Virus record (IMG/VR): IMGVR_UViG_3300047494_000061 | Coordinates: 5,801 to 69,800 of that record | Reading direction: 5' to 3' (one strand) | Source of the DNA: a virus | DNA length: 64,000 nucleotides | Shown here: in pieces, positions 20,004 to 30,355 of the stretch | Layout of the letters: the number at the start of each line of letters is the position of its first letter | How positions within the stretch are numbered: position 1 is the first letter of the stretch | Position numbers and translations under genes: made by a program | The notes under the pieces: model-generated | Database searches by the model: none | What the model was told of the DNA's origin: nothing | The model's input: only the letters and a program-made list of their open reading frames with translations

Positions 20004-20453
20004 TTACCCTCCGTACATCGATCCCGGACTTGCCGGAGCCGCAGGCTGCTGCTGCTCGTCGTCCTCCCCGAAAGGATTGGACTTTGGAGCCATAGGCTGC
20101 TGCGCGGGCGCGGCAGGACTCTGCATCGCCTGTTGCGCCATTTGTTTGGCTTCCGGCCCGTACTGCCCCGAGTGCGCCGCCTGGACAAGCTTATGAAGAT
20201 GTTCGGGATGCATCTTGGCAATCATGGCTTTATGGTCGCCAGCGGGAGGGTCGCCACGCTCTCCCAATTTTTTGTGGGCCATCGCTTCGATCTTGGGACG
20301 CTCGGACGGCGGAGCATTGTGGTCGAGTCGCAAAGCCGCCTCGGCGTGAGCCTTATCGGGCATAGGGTAGGAGCCGGAGCCGGGAGCCTTGGAAGGGACT
20401 CCAAAGTCTTTCTTTGGCACTTCTCTGCGGTCTGCGGCGCTCAACACGGCCAT
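20004..20453 (-). CDS. DUF6582-like phage protein
   Basis: LSAADRREVPKKDFGVP...YPMPDKAHAEAAL matches the YP(M/I)PDKAHA motif family seen in phage head clusters. Confidence 0.55.
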   Translation of the reverse strand: MAVLSAADRREVPKKDFGVPSKAPGSGSYPMPDKAHAEAALRLDHNAPPSERPKIEAMAHKKLGERGDPPAGDHKAMIAKMHPEHLHKLVQAAHSGQYGPEAKQMAQQAMQSPAAPAQQPMAPKSNPFGEDDEQQQPAAPASPGSMYGG

Positions 20454-20476
20454 ATCGGGCATCCCCCTGAATCGTT

Positions 20477-20491
20477 ACGCAGAGTAGCAGA
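20477..20491 (-). promoter_or_regulatory. putative late promoter, copy 4
   Basis: Same 15-mer, directly after a terminator and upstream of the head operon. Confidence 0.8.
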
Positions 20492-20494
20492 TCG

Positions 20495-20530
20495 AAAAAG
20501 CAAAGGGCGCGAACCTTTCGGCCCACGCCC
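20495..20530 (-). terminator. rho-independent terminator after lysis operon
   Basis: GGGCGTGGGCC-GAAA-GGTTCGCGCCC followed by TTTGCTTTTT. Confidence 0.7.
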
Positions 20531-20601
20531 CTCTCTTGCCTGCTCTGGCTGCCAGCTTGCGCTAGCGATTCTCCGCGACCTCCTCTCTTCTCCGAATTGG
20601 A

Positions 20602-21129
20602 CTACGAACCGATAACCGATCCCGAAAATGGAATTCGAGGATTCCGATAGTTCTCGACGAGTTGATTGGCGTATCTTCGGACTCCTGCGGGCCACGTGTT
20701 GTCGTGCGGGATGTGGCCGCAATTCCAGATCGCGCCGCAGGACTCGATATCTTTCGGGTCGAACTTCTGAAACTGCCGCTTCATGAACGTCACCGAGCAC
20801 ATGAACGCAATGTCCAATTGACCCATCTCGTCTGGAGTCGTACCCGAAGGGCAATTGCAAAGCATGATCTGGAAGGGGCCGTAGGAACATGCGCCGGCCG
20901 ATCCGAACTTTTCAAGAAGAGGGGCTTGCGTGGGAGATTGGGCGTACATTCCGCCAACATCGAATGCGGGCTCGTGCCGGGGAGTGCAGTTTTCGCCGAA
21001 GGATGATTCGTTGCCGGTGAACGCCCATAGAAGCGTGGCGGCATCCACAAGCGCGGGAAGGGCTACCTGGAGAGAGGGAGCCCACTGCGCACACAATCCT
21101 GCTACTTGCTCTGGCGGGTAGCTCGTCAT
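20602..21129 (-). CDS. endolysin, lysozyme-like / lytic transglycosylase fold
   Basis: Catalytic NESS motif, RHEP, SYGPFQIM (GxxQ) and AIWNCG (AYNxG-like). Confidence 0.7.
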   Translation of the reverse strand: MTSYPPEQVAGLCAQWAPSLQVALPALVDAATLLWAFTGNESSFGENCTPRHEPAFDVGGMYAQSPTQAPLLEKFGSAGACSYGPFQIMLCNCPSGTTPDEMGQLDIAFMCSVTFMKRQFQKFDPKDIESCGAIWNCGHIPHDNTWPAGVRRYANQLVENYRNPRIPFSGSVIGS

Positions 21130-21135
21130 TGCCCT

Positions 21136-22047
21136 TTACGCCGCTGGCACCTTGAACACGTTGAGGATAGCGACGACGGCGGTATTGATGACTCCCAAGT
21201 CGGTCTGAGTCAAAGACGAAGCCCCAAGCTGCTGCGCTACCGCCTGGGCGTCGCCATTCAAGGCGGCGATCACGATGGCGGCCTTTTGCGCTCCGGTCAA
21301 TCCTGGGGTTGATGCTGCGGTGCCGACGGCGGTCGCTGCGGTGGTTTCGACGGTGACCGCGGTGTTGGTCCATTTTTCGATCAGCGCAGTGATCGCGGGG
21401 CCGAAGGCGACGGCCTCGGCGGCTTGGACTGCGGGGCTGGCTTCGATGGCTCCGGCGACGCCGATGATCTTGGCAAGCACTTTCCCGATGTTTTTGAGAA
21501 ACGATTCAAATACGTTGGTGCTCATGGCGATATGCTCCGGGACTGCGGGTTGGGCCGCTGCGGGAGCGGGTTGGATTACCGGCGCCGCTTTCGCGACGTT
21601 CGATTCGGTCGTGTAGGCGATCGGCTTTTCGCTCAGAGGCTCGACGGATAGAGCAGAAACCGGGCTAGGATCGATCACTACGGGTTCGACGACGCGTTGG
21701 ACGGGAATCGGCGTAGAAGCCGCTTTCTTGGCGTCTGCAAGCTTTTGAGCTGTGTTTGCCGCATTGGCCGCATCCGCCAGAGCGGACGCCTGCTCTTTGC
21801 TGTACCACTTTCCGCCGGCAGGCCACTGAAATGGATGAGCCGCGTCTTCATGGTCCTGTCCCGCAGGATTCGAAGGGATGGCTGCCGGAGCAGCCATAGA
21901 AGCGGAATGAAGTGCGGAGATCGGTGCGGGAGGTGCTGCGGCTGGTGCTGCGGGAAGATGTTCCGGCTGAACCGGAGGATGCACGGCGGGAACCGCCGCG
22001 TGGGCCGCTGCGAATTTCATTCGCTGATCCTGAAAGAAGTTGCTCAT
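21136..22047 (-). CDS. lysis-cluster protein; Pro/Ala-rich N-terminus and holin-like amphipathic C-terminus
   Basis: Between holin and endolysin; possible internal start at ATG 21525 with GGAG RBS. Confidence 0.45.
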   Translation of the reverse strand: MSNFFQDQRMKFAAAHAAVPAVHPPVQPEHLPAAPAAAPPAPISALHSASMAAPAAIPSNPAGQDHEDAAHPFQWPAGGKWYSKEQASALADAANAANTAQKLADAKKAASTPIPVQRVVEPVVIDPSPVSALSVEPLSEKPIAYTTESNVAKAAPVIQPAPAAAQPAVPEHIAMSTNVFESFLKNIGKVLAKIIGVAGAIEASPAVQAAEAVAFGPAITALIEKWTNTAVTVETTAATAVGTAASTPGLTGAQKAAIVIAALNGDAQAVAQQLGASSLTQTDLGVINTAVVAILNVFKVPAA

Positions 22048-22394
22048 TTAGGTCCTGCGTCCATCTGCTTCGTGCCGATGTACCACTTGCCGATGGTCGA
22101 CAGGAAGGTCACAAGCAGCGCTATCACGGCGGAAACGTTTTGAAGCTTGGGGTGTCCCGCGCCGAAATCGAAGCCTTTGATGGCCAGCGCAAGACCCAAA
22201 CCGTTGACTCCGAAAAAGTTCAGAATCCCCTGCGCGGTTGTTTTCCAGTTGGGGCCGAGCAGGTTGTACATCAGCACTTCGATCAAGGGCGCAGGCTGTT
22301 CGACGGGAGTGACGACGGCATCGACGGCGGGAGTCGGCTCTGGATGTTTGAGCGGGTCGGGCGGGAGGGGAGGGGCTGCTTCGGTATCCGGCAT
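22044..22394 (-). CDS. putative holin
   Basis: AGGAG RBS; NWKTT motif and two hydrophobic helices; adjacent to the endolysin. Confidence 0.6.
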   Translation of the reverse strand: MPDTEAAPPLPPDPLKHPEPTPAVDAVVTPVEQPAPLIEVLMYNLLGPNWKTTAQGILNFFGVNGLGLALAIKGFDFGAGHPKLQNVSAVIALLVTFLSTIGKWYIGTKQMDAGPK

Positions 22395-22404
22395 AACGAT
22401 TCTC

Positions 22405-22863
22405 CTAGTTCGCTGGTATCGTGCTGTCGCCTGCTGTAGTACTTGATTGTACAACCGACGAGTTTACGGCCTTGATATAAGACTTGCAGCCCTGCACCAA
22501 ATAGGGAATCAGCGCGGCAAGAATTGTGGCCAGAATCGCGAGAAACGCCAGCCTCATCACGTTCCGCTCTTTCCCCGCGCTGTTCTTGCTTTGGATGTCG
22601 GTCACCTTGTCGCACACTTCGATCAGTGTTTTTCGCATCTCCGGAAGCAGCATCGCGTAAGGCGCAAACGTAATTCTGAGGTCTCTCACTTCATCGGAAG
22701 TCACTTTCATCTCCTGACGGTTTCGGATATCCCGCGCAATCACATCTTGTTTAGATGCCTCCAGTTCGACCTCAATCCTCTCGACGCGAGCGTCTAGGTC
22801 GTCGAGTTTGTTTCCGAGGGACTCCCCGTGGATGTCCTCTTCCCTGCGGCGCGGTGGCGTCAT
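22405..22863 (-). CDS. coiled-coil membrane protein with C-terminal TM (lysis cluster)
   Basis: Heptad-rich, then RLAFLAILATILAALIPYLV. Confidence 0.55.
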   Translation of the reverse strand: MTPPRRREEDIHGESLGNKLDDLDARVERIEVELEASKQDVIARDIRNRQEMKVTSDEVRDLRITFAPYAMLLPEMRKTLIEVCDKVTDIQSKNSAGKERNVMRLAFLAILATILAALIPYLVQGCKSYIKAVNSSVVQSSTTAGDSTIPAN

Positions 22864-22872
22864 CTGGCTCCT

Positions 22873-24237
22873 CTATTGGCCGAACATGCCAAGGCTGACC
22901 GCCAGACCCGTTGGAACCGTCCCCGCCGCGTACTGGTACGCCCCGATGTACCAGTAGCCATTGGCCCCCCGCGTGTTTCCGTCCATGTCCATGTTGTAAG
23001 GCGACGAGAGCGAAGTCCCGTTCTGGAACGTCGTCGCGCCTGCCGAGGTCAGCCGGAAATTGGCCGCCAGTTGGTTGCTGGATCCGGTGTTGATGAACTG
23101 CGTCCCGGACGTGTAGCAGATCGTGTGCGCGCCGGAGTCTTTGTCTCCGCAGATATCGTAGGCGTTGTAGTCGGGGCTGGGAGGAGTGGCCACAAGATAC
23201 ATCTGCTGCATCACGTTGTTCTTGAACGCGCCGGAGGATGTGTTGACGTTGGTGAAATCCAGCCAGCCGGGAGAGAAGTCGCCCGTCCCGTCGTTCTCGT
23301 AAACGTTGTTGTAGACGAAAACGTTGGTGGCTTTGGTGCCGACCGACTTGAAGGTCATCAGTTGGCCGCCCGAATGGAAATAGACGTTTCCGTAGACGTA
23401 GACCCCAACCTGTCCGCCGCCGTCGAAGAACATTCCGTCGTTGGGCGAGCTCCAGATCGTGTTGTAGCGCCATGTCAGGTTGTTGACCGCCGTCGATCCG
23501 CCGTTGTCGTAGAGGATGTCCTCGTGCTGGATGTTGTCGTTGTGGGTGCAGCAGATGAAGGAATTCTGGATGACCGCATTCACCCAGTTCGCCGCGCGGA
23601 GAGCTTCGCCCCACTGGTGAACGTAGACGTTGGTGTAGGTGAATCCCGTCCCGCCGTAGGGAAGGTTGATCCCGCTGGCCCCGTTGCCCGTGCAGGACTG
23701 CGAAGGAACGCAGGCAGGGCCGTAGACCTCGACATTCTGGATGGTGTAGTTATTATTGCCCGCGCCGTCGTCGATGCCATCGCAGCTTGTCTCGGTCGAG
23801 CAGTGGAGCAGGATTCCGTAGGCGGTCGGAGTCTGCGGATTGCCGAACCTTCCGTCGATGGTCACGTAGGCGATGCCATTCAACCTGAATCCCGCGAAGC
23901 CCGACCAGTTCAGCAGAATCACTTGCGAGTCGAAAGCCGAGTTCCATCCCGCAGCCGCCACCGGCACGGAGTCGCTGGAGGTCACGCGCTTGATGAAAAG
24001 CGGGTTGCCGGACGTGCAGGTCTTCACGACGGTCAGCGTGGTCGAGTAGGTTCCGCCGGCCAGCCAAAGAGTGTCTCCGCAGGACATTGCGGAGAAGTTG
24101 ACCTGATTCATCTCGTTCCAGGCATTTGTCCAACTGCTGCCGTTGTTTGACCCGGAAGCGCCCTTCGCGACGTAGAAGTTGCTGGCCCATGCGCACGGCG
24201 CGATCGCCGCCAAGAGAGCTAAGATGATCGCCTTCAT
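22873..24237 (-). CDS. secreted right-handed beta-helix (pectin-lyase-like) protein
   Basis: Signal peptide MKAIILALLAAIAPCAWA; FYVAKGASGSNNGSSWTNAW start; Asn-ladder repeats (YNNV, YGNV); C-terminal DMDGNTR..YIGAYQY. Confidence 0.7.
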   Translation of the reverse strand: MKAIILALLAAIAPCAWASNFYVAKGASGSNNGSSWTNAWNEMNQVNFSAMSCGDTLWLAGGTYSTTLTVVKTCTSGNPLFIKRVTSSDSVPVAAAGWNSAFDSQVILLNWSGFAGFRLNGIAYVTIDGRFGNPQTPTAYGILLHCSTETSCDGIDDGAGNNNYTIQNVEVYGPACVPSQSCTGNGASGINLPYGGTGFTYTNVYVHQWGEALRAANWVNAVIQNSFICCTHNDNIQHEDILYDNGGSTAVNNLTWRYNTIWSSPNDGMFFDGGGQVGVYVYGNVYFHSGGQLMTFKSVGTKATNVFVYNNVYENDGTGDFSPGWLDFTNVNTSSGAFKNNVMQQMYLVATPPSPDYNAYDICGDKDSGAHTICYTSGTQFINTGSSNQLAANFRLTSAGATTFQNGTSLSSPYNMDMDGNTRGANGYWYIGAYQYAAGTVPTGLAVSLGMFGQ

Positions 24238-24590
24238 TGGGCCACTCCCGTCAGTCCGGTTGGAGGCGGAGGCGCGACCGTCACGCTCACGCAGTTGGAT
24301 TGATGCGACACGATCCCGTTGACCACCGCCGTCACCACATAGGCGTAAGTCCCGCCGACTGGGGGAGTGTCGGTGTAGGTGGTCTCCGTCACGTTGTCGG
24401 CGAGGCGGTCGAAGTGAGGTTTATTCGCGCAGGTTCCATTGGCGCGATGGATGTCGAATGTCGCTTCGCCGGAGTAGTCCCACGTCAGGATGGCTTGCCG
24501 GGTAGTCTGGCACTTCGCCGCGAGTCCCGCCAGCAAGAGCGCTCCGAGCATCGAGAGAATGCTGCTTTTGAGTATCGTTTGGCAAGACAT
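24234..24590 (-). CDS. secreted fibronectin type III domain protein
   Basis: Hydrophobic N-terminus; LTWD...TTYTD...TYAYVVTAV...SN..PPPPTGL is an Fn3 signature. Confidence 0.7.
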   Translation of the reverse strand: MSCQTILKSSILSMLGALLLAGLAAKCQTTRQAILTWDYSGEATFDIHRANGTCANKPHFDRLADNVTETTYTDTPPVGGTYAYVVTAVVNGIVSHQSNCVSVTVAPPPPTGLTGVAQ

Positions 24591-24598
24591 ATACGCAC

Positions 24599-27500
24599 CT
24601 AGTTGATGATTTCAAATGTGTAGCACTCTGGATTAGTGGTTAAAGTGGGAAGGGTGAGAGTGAAACTCGTTCCGCCCGTGATCGCCGACACGATTGGCGT
24701 TTGCGTGGCCACGGTGTTGCAAGTCTGGCTCAAAAGAGTTCCTTCGTAAGGCGCGAGCGTCACGAGGATCGTGGAATTTGCCGTGACGGCCGAGTCGTTG
24801 ATCGTGCATGTTCCCGCCGACGCCGACACCGAGCAGCTAAAAGCCCCAGCGGTTGCAGCGGAGCAGGACACCACCGAGGGATTGGCCGCGGTGCCGTTCG
24901 AACTGCATCGGGTCGATGTCTGGTAATGGACGGCGGTAAAATTGTTGTTGCCGTCCACCGTGATGCCTGTCGTGCCGTTGACCTTGAAGTATCCATAAGA
25001 ACTGGTTGGAGTTCCGCTGTTGTAGTTATAGCCAAAGACCGCCGAATTATCGGTCGAGTTCGCTACCCCTAGATTGAATTGGTAGTTAGATCCGGACGGC
25101 AGGGACGAATTAAGGAAATTAGCAAAGCTTTGCGTTCCCGCCGTCGTGTTGGAATCGTTGACCGTGATGCACTTCGATCCGCTGTTATTGCAGTTGACCG
25201 AGAACGCTTCGGGCGTTCCTCCCGTGCCTACCGTAAGGTTGCCGCCCTGCACGTTCACCGCCGCCGTGAAGGTCGCGCCGTTCAGCGACGCGAGAGCAGT
25301 CAGCAGTTTGCCCGAGTCCTGAATCTGGCCGCCAGTTCCGGTGAACGTCACCACATCGCCCGAGACGGACGTCACAGGTCCAGTGGTAAGCCCCGCCCCG
25401 GATCCGGCGACGGTTGCCGCCTGAACGACTCCTCCGGCTCCAGTGGCCAGCGCCGCGATGTTTGATCCGGTTCCTACGAGGCTGAGCGCGAAATTCGTGT
25501 AGACGTTCCCGCTCGGATCGACTTGCAGCGCGTTCGCGTGGCCAGCGATGCCAAACTCCGCATAATTAGTTCCGCCCTGAGTGAAGGAGATTTCGGCGGC
25601 ATTGCCCGAAGAATTGGCCATCCCCACATACATCGCTTCCGTGCCTCCGGAGAGGTTCGGAGCGTAGAACTTCGCCACAGTCCCGCCAGTGGCGTTGTTG
25701 TCGGTGAAGACCGCAGGGGTCTGTCCGCCCTGGGTGTACGTGAAGGTCGCCGTCGATCCCGGCACGGTCAAGAGCACCGCTCCGGTGCATCCGTTGCCGC
25801 CGTTGACGACCGAGACCGCGGTGACGATTCCGCCCGCCGCCGTGACCTGCGCGATGGGGAACGTCGAGCACGATCCTCCCGTCAGGGTGATATTGCTGGT
25901 GCCGTTCGTCGCTCCGGTTCCCCCCGAAAGGATCGCGATGGCCGTCAGTTCGTTGTTCGCGTTGGTGTTGCCGTTGACGGTCAGGGTGTTCGACTGTGTG
26001 CCGCCGCCGACCAGTCCTTCGGAGATCGCGCTGATCGCCGCCGAGACGTTCAATGTCGGATTCAGATAAGAGCCGGTGCGGGTCATGTAGAGATCAACCG
26101 GGTTCGTCCCGTTGCCGAAAAACAGCCCCGGATTCGTGCCGTCCACTTTGGTTCCCAGCGCCACCCGGTAGTACGAATCGCCCGCGAAGCAGGTTGATCC
26201 CGTGACCGATGTGCAGTTCTGGCCCGCGAACAACAGTCCCGCGTTGCCGGAGGTTCCGTTCACGAACGCTTGATAAGCGGGCGCTCCGTTTGAGGAGCTT
26301 GAGCTCGACGCGGAGATGACCGGCACCGTGCCGGATTCGGCGATGTTGAGCGGCCCCGAAATGCCTCCGCTAAACACCGGCGCGGCGGTGAATGTAGCTA
26401 CCCCGGTGAACAGGGATGTGGTTCCGACCGAGAGGCTTCCGGTGGTCGAGACGTTCCCATTCGCATTCTGTACTTGGAAGAATTCGGTGGAGCTTCCCGT
26501 AGTCGATGTGCCGATGCCGAAAGCGGTGTTGTCCCAAAGCCCTTTGTAGGTGTTCTGGAAACGCCACGCGAATCCTTGGGACGGCTTCGCCTCGAAAGTG
26601 AGGGTATTCGGCGTGATGGAAGTGTCGTTGAACAGCGCCAGCCTGCCGTCGATATTCACGCCGCCCGAGTTGTATTCCGTGCCCGCGATGTCGCCAGCCC
26701 AGTTGTTCCAATAGGTCGAAACATACGGCAAAGAGCCGTTGGCGATGATCGTCCGCACGTTCGAGTCCGGCTGGTTCCACGAGCTTCCCCAGAAGTCCAC
26801 CTGACCCACGCCGAAATTGCCATTCGAGTTGAATGTCCCGCCGACCGAGCCAAGCCAGAATCCGCCAACCTCCAGCGTCGGGCCTTGGTTGGTTCCCGTG
26901 CTGGTCAGGTTGCTGTAAGCCCCGGCGGGAACGACCCCGTTCACAACCAGAGTGGTCGCGCTGGTGACGTTCTTGACGTAGAAGACCTGAGAGAGTCCCG
27001 CGAAGTTGAGCGGCATTCCATCGAAAGGGGTGTCGTTGGCCGGAAATCCGCTGCTGTTCGGAGGATCGTACGGGAAAGCGACGAAGTTGCTGGTCGGGGT
27101 CAAGGTCAGAGTCGAGTTCGGGCTGCCGCCGTCGCTCGTCACGTAAATCTTCTGCGCAAGGATGCCGCCGCCCAGGTTCTGTTTTCCGCCCATGAACGAA
27201 ACGCTGTTGGCCGAGAGTCCCGCGACGTTCGAATAGCCAAAGTTTTGGTTGATCATCTCCACGCCGGAGAATCGAACGATGTCTCCGGTCTGCGAAAGAA
27301 GCACGTTGTCGGCGGGCGCTCCCATCGTGTTCTCGGTGCAGGACGTGGTTGGCGGGTAGTTCGAAACGCAGGCGTAGGTTCCCGGCTCGATCTGGAAATC
27401 ATCGAAAAACATCATCGCGGGGCCGGAATGGTTGTTGAACTGCTCTCCTGCCACTTGGGTTCCCATCGCGATTGACGAGTTATAAAAGTCGATGGCCCCG

Positions 27501-30355
27501 CCGCCGATGAAGTACCACTGGTCGACGTCCCCGGTCGAAGTCGAACCTGTGAACGAGTTGTAGAACAGCATCTCGGAAGTGTTGGTCGCGAGATCGCCGC
27601 CGTTGCGCCAGAACGAATTCAGCACGACGCTTTCGCGCGCCGATCCGCTGGTGTACGGGCAGTAGGTAGTGCCCGCAAACTCAGGGCCGCGCAGATAGTC
27701 GATGACCACGTCGTCCATGAAGAAGTGGTCGAAGCTGCATATCTGGATGCCCTGCCCGAAGTACGAGCGAAAGTTTGGATCGTAGAAATGGAGATGCTGG
27801 ATCGAGCCGCCGTAGTTGTGGTTCTGCTCGTTGCGGAGAGAGGTCGTCGATCCGGCGTAAAAGATTGCGTTCTGCATCCCTTGCGCGGTAAAGGGCGCAG
27901 ACCACGTTCCTGTAAAGCGCGGAGAGACCTGGCCGGTTGCGAGAACGGTGCAGGCTCCCAAAGTGGTCGTAAAGGTCGCGGCGGTGGAACTTCCGCCAAG
28001 CTGCCCCGCGCCGATGGAGAATGTGGGAGCGGAAGTGTATCCCGCACCGGGGGTGTACGCGATTGTGTAGGCCGTCGAAGATGTCGCGGTGATGGTCAGC
28101 GTGGCGGCGGTTGTGCCGAATCCAGAAGAATCGGTGAAGGTGTAGGTTCCCGCCGTCATCCCGGTGGGCGCGGTGCCAACCGTGACCGATGCCAGTCCGT
28201 TGCCGGAATTCATGGTCAGAGTGTTGTTCGCCAAGCTGACTCCGGACGGGCTATAGGTGCAGACTCCCGAAAGATTCAATCCATAGATTGAGGCCACGGT
28301 GCCCGACTTCAGCCCGGTAAGCCAGTCCACGTTGTTTCCTAGTCCGTGGATGATGAGGTCGGTGGTGTTTTGCGAGTACCCGCCCGACATATAAGCGACA
28401 GGCTGGAGCGAGACCACGACGTTTCCGCAGTTGTTCGAGTTGGCCCCGGAGTTCAAAGGCGTGGACGATCCGCATCCGGTTGGCACGGTTCCCGGAACCG
28501 ACGCGATGAAGGTATTCTCCTGAAGCAGACCTCTTACTCCAATCCACTGCACGTTGGTCGCGGTTCCCGTGGTGCTGGGAGTCGAGCCGGTCACGTTGAA
28601 GGGCTGTGTGATGTAGCCGTTGACCCCGGTCAGCGCGACGGTCGTGCTTCCCGTATTGGTGATGGTCACGGTCGCGGTGCCGGACGCGGAGGTGTTGTTC
28701 ACCGCCAGCGTGTTTTGGAGTTTGCAATAGGTGTCGCTGCCGACAAGGTTGACCGGGCCGCGCACGATGGCCTGCGTTCCCCACTGGCAGTTCTGGGGCT
28801 TGGTCATGACCAGATCGACCGGAGTTAGAAGCGCTGCGCATTGGTTCGTCCCGCCGCCCGCAGGATTCGACGCGGCGCAGAAGTTGTTCAATGCCGCACC
28901 ATAGTCCGTGCCGCCATTCAGATAGTCTTCCCAAACGTAGACTTGCCGGGAAGTCGCGCCGAGCCAATTCGTCGCGGCCGTCAGCGCGGTTGACGAGTTC
29001 CATGTGTTTCCCGAGTTGTATGTCAGGTTGGGAGCGATGGTTTCGTCGCCTCCGCCGTTGCCGATCACAAGATTGTTTGCGGTGAGGGCGCTGGTCAGAT
29101 GCGTCACCACTGCCGCGTTGGCGGTCGGAAACCGGATCGTCCACCAGTTTCCCGGCGCGGAAGAAGAGTCCGAATACACAAAGCTAGCCCAGCCTGGAGG
29201 GATGGTGGAAGAGCCGCCCGTTCCCGATCCGTCGATTTTGTCCGCCGCGTTCGCCTGAAGAGTGTCCGTTCCGCCGTTGAGGTTTTGGGTCACAAAGGCG
29301 AAGTTCGATCCAAAGCTTCCGCTGATCTGCGGCAGAGTGAGAAGCGCGTTCGACGCGGATGTTTCGAGGATGTAGCTCAGCCGGTCGGAATACACCAGCG
29401 AATAGTTCGATCCTTGCGCGTTGACGGGAACGCCGCTAAGGGCGCAGGTCGGGTCCACCGCTGCCGATCCGGTGACGTTGAATCCGCAATTGTAGAATCC
29501 GTTGACCGAAGGCGACGTGACCAGGTTCATCGTCGAGGAGCCTTCCGTCACCAGCAAAGAGTGGGCCGTGGGGGAAGCGATGCCCGTGCCGCCGCTTGAA
29601 GGCGTGACCAGACCGCCTCCTCCTCCGCTGATGGTGTTGCATCCGAATCCCGTCCCGGTCGTCCATGTGAGGGCGTTCGCCGCGCCGGAGCAGGATGGAA
29701 CGGTCAGCCATGAAGGAGTGGTCGTGGCCGCGCCGAAGATCGTGTTGGCGGTTTGCGACTTGAGTGTCGCCGTCACCGTGCCGGAAGTCGTGACTGGAGC
29801 GCTCGGCGTGGAAGACAACACCACTCCGTCTCCGGTGAAAGTTACGCTGCTGACCGAACCCGACCCTCCTCCGCCGCCAGACCCTACGCCGCACCCAAGG
29901 TTCCACAGGATTAGGTAGGTGGACGACGGATAGGGGCTTGGAAGCGCCGTCGCCGGGGTTGCCACTCTTCCCACGCATTGAGTCGTGGCGATGACGGGAT
30001 TGATCCCGAAGTCGTGACCGATCCCAAACGTTCCCACTTCCACAAAATCTCCAGCCGTGGGGGTGTTGTTGAGCTGGAGCGGAATGATGCCTTGGTTCGC
30101 GACGACAACGCTTCCGGTCGTGCCGATGGTCGATCCGGTCAGCGGGATGGATACGCCGATGATGCCAAACGCTTCGGTTCCCGCCGCTCGAACCGCGTTT
30201 CCCGCCGTGGTCAGCGTGGTCAGGGTGTACGCGGTGGTTCCCGTCGTGCCGTCGTTGGGGATGGGCGCCTGGTTCGCGACCGAGATGTTGCTGACGGTGG
30301 TGGACTGGCCGAAAGCCGCAGTCGCCGCAAGCAGGAGTATTCCGAAGATTTTCAT
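24599..30355 (-). CDS. giant fibre/adhesin-like protein (about 1918 aa) with Sec signal peptide
   Basis: ATG 30355 overlaps the upstream TAA; MKIFGILLLAATAAFG|QSTT; Thr/Gly/Ser-rich with GGTG fibre repeats, a central beta-helix-like region and many Cys. Confidence 0.7.
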   Translation of the reverse strand: MKIFGILLLAATAAFGQSTTVSNISVANQAPIPNDGTTGTTAYTLTTLTTAGNAVRAAGTEAFGIIGVSIPLTGSTIGTTGSVVVANQGIIPLQLNNTPTAGDFVEVGTFGIGHDFGINPVIATTQCVGRVATPATALPSPYPSSTYLILWNLGCGVGSGGGGGSGSVSSVTFTGDGVVLSSTPSAPVTTSGTVTATLKSQTANTIFGAATTTPSWLTVPSCSGAANALTWTTGTGFGCNTISGGGGGLVTPSSGGTGIASPTAHSLLVTEGSSTMNLVTSPSVNGFYNCGFNVTGSAAVDPTCALSGVPVNAQGSNYSLVYSDRLSYILETSASNALLTLPQISGSFGSNFAFVTQNLNGGTDTLQANAADKIDGSGTGGSSTIPPGWASFVYSDSSSAPGNWWTIRFPTANAAVVTHLTSALTANNLVIGNGGGDETIAPNLTYNSGNTWNSSTALTAATNWLGATSRQVYVWEDYLNGGTDYGAALNNFCAASNPAGGGTNQCAALLTPVDLVMTKPQNCQWGTQAIVRGPVNLVGSDTYCKLQNTLAVNNTSASGTATVTITNTGSTTVALTGVNGYITQPFNVTGSTPSTTGTATNVQWIGVRGLLQENTFIASVPGTVPTGCGSSTPLNSGANSNNCGNVVVSLQPVAYMSGGYSQNTTDLIIHGLGNNVDWLTGLKSGTVASIYGLNLSGVCTYSPSGVSLANNTLTMNSGNGLASVTVGTAPTGMTAGTYTFTDSSGFGTTAATLTITATSSTAYTIAYTPGAGYTSAPTFSIGAGQLGGSSTAATFTTTLGACTVLATGQVSPRFTGTWSAPFTAQGMQNAIFYAGSTTSLRNEQNHNYGGSIQHLHFYDPNFRSYFGQGIQICSFDHFFMDDVVIDYLRGPEFAGTTYCPYTSGSARESVVLNSFWRNGGDLATNTSEMLFYNSFTGSTSTGDVDQWYFIGGGAIDFYNSSIAMGTQVAGEQFNNHSGPAMMFFDDFQIEPGTYACVSNYPPTTSCTENTMGAPADNVLLSQTGDIVRFSGVEMINQNFGYSNVAGLSANSVSFMGGKQNLGGGILAQKIYVTSDGGSPNSTLTLTPTSNFVAFPYDPPNSSGFPANDTPFDGMPLNFAGLSQVFYVKNVTSATTLVVNGVVPAGAYSNLTSTGTNQGPTLEVGGFWLGSVGGTFNSNGNFGVGQVDFWGSSWNQPDSNVRTIIANGSLPYVSTYWNNWAGDIAGTEYNSGGVNIDGRLALFNDTSITPNTLTFEAKPSQGFAWRFQNTYKGLWDNTAFGIGTSTTGSSTEFFQVQNANGNVSTTGSLSVGTTSLFTGVATFTAAPVFSGGISGPLNIAESGTVPVISASSSSSSNGAPAYQAFVNGTSGNAGLLFAGQNCTSVTGSTCFAGDSYYRVALGTKVDGTNPGLFFGNGTNPVDLYMTRTGSYLNPTLNVSAAISAISEGLVGGGTQSNTLTVNGNTNANNELTAIAILSGGTGATNGTSNITLTGGSCSTFPIAQVTAAGGIVTAVSVVNGGNGCTGAVLLTVPGSTATFTYTQGGQTPAVFTDNNATGGTVAKFYAPNLSGGTEAMYVGMANSSGNAAEISFTQGGTNYAEFGIAGHANALQVDPSGNVYTNFALSLVGTGSNIAALATGAGGVVQAATVAGSGAGLTTGPVTSVSGDVVTFTGTGGQIQDSGKLLTALASLNGATFTAAVNVQGGNLTVGTGGTPEAFSVNCNNSGSKCITVNDSNTTAGTQSFANFLNSSLPSGSNYQFNLGVANSTDNSAVFGYNYNSGTPTSSYGYFKVNGTTGITVDGNNNFTAVHYQTSTRCSSNGTAANPSVVSCSAATAGAFSCSVSASAGTCTINDSAVTANSTILVTLAPYEGTLLSQTCNTVATQTPIVSAITGGTSFTLTLPTLTTNPECYTFEIIN

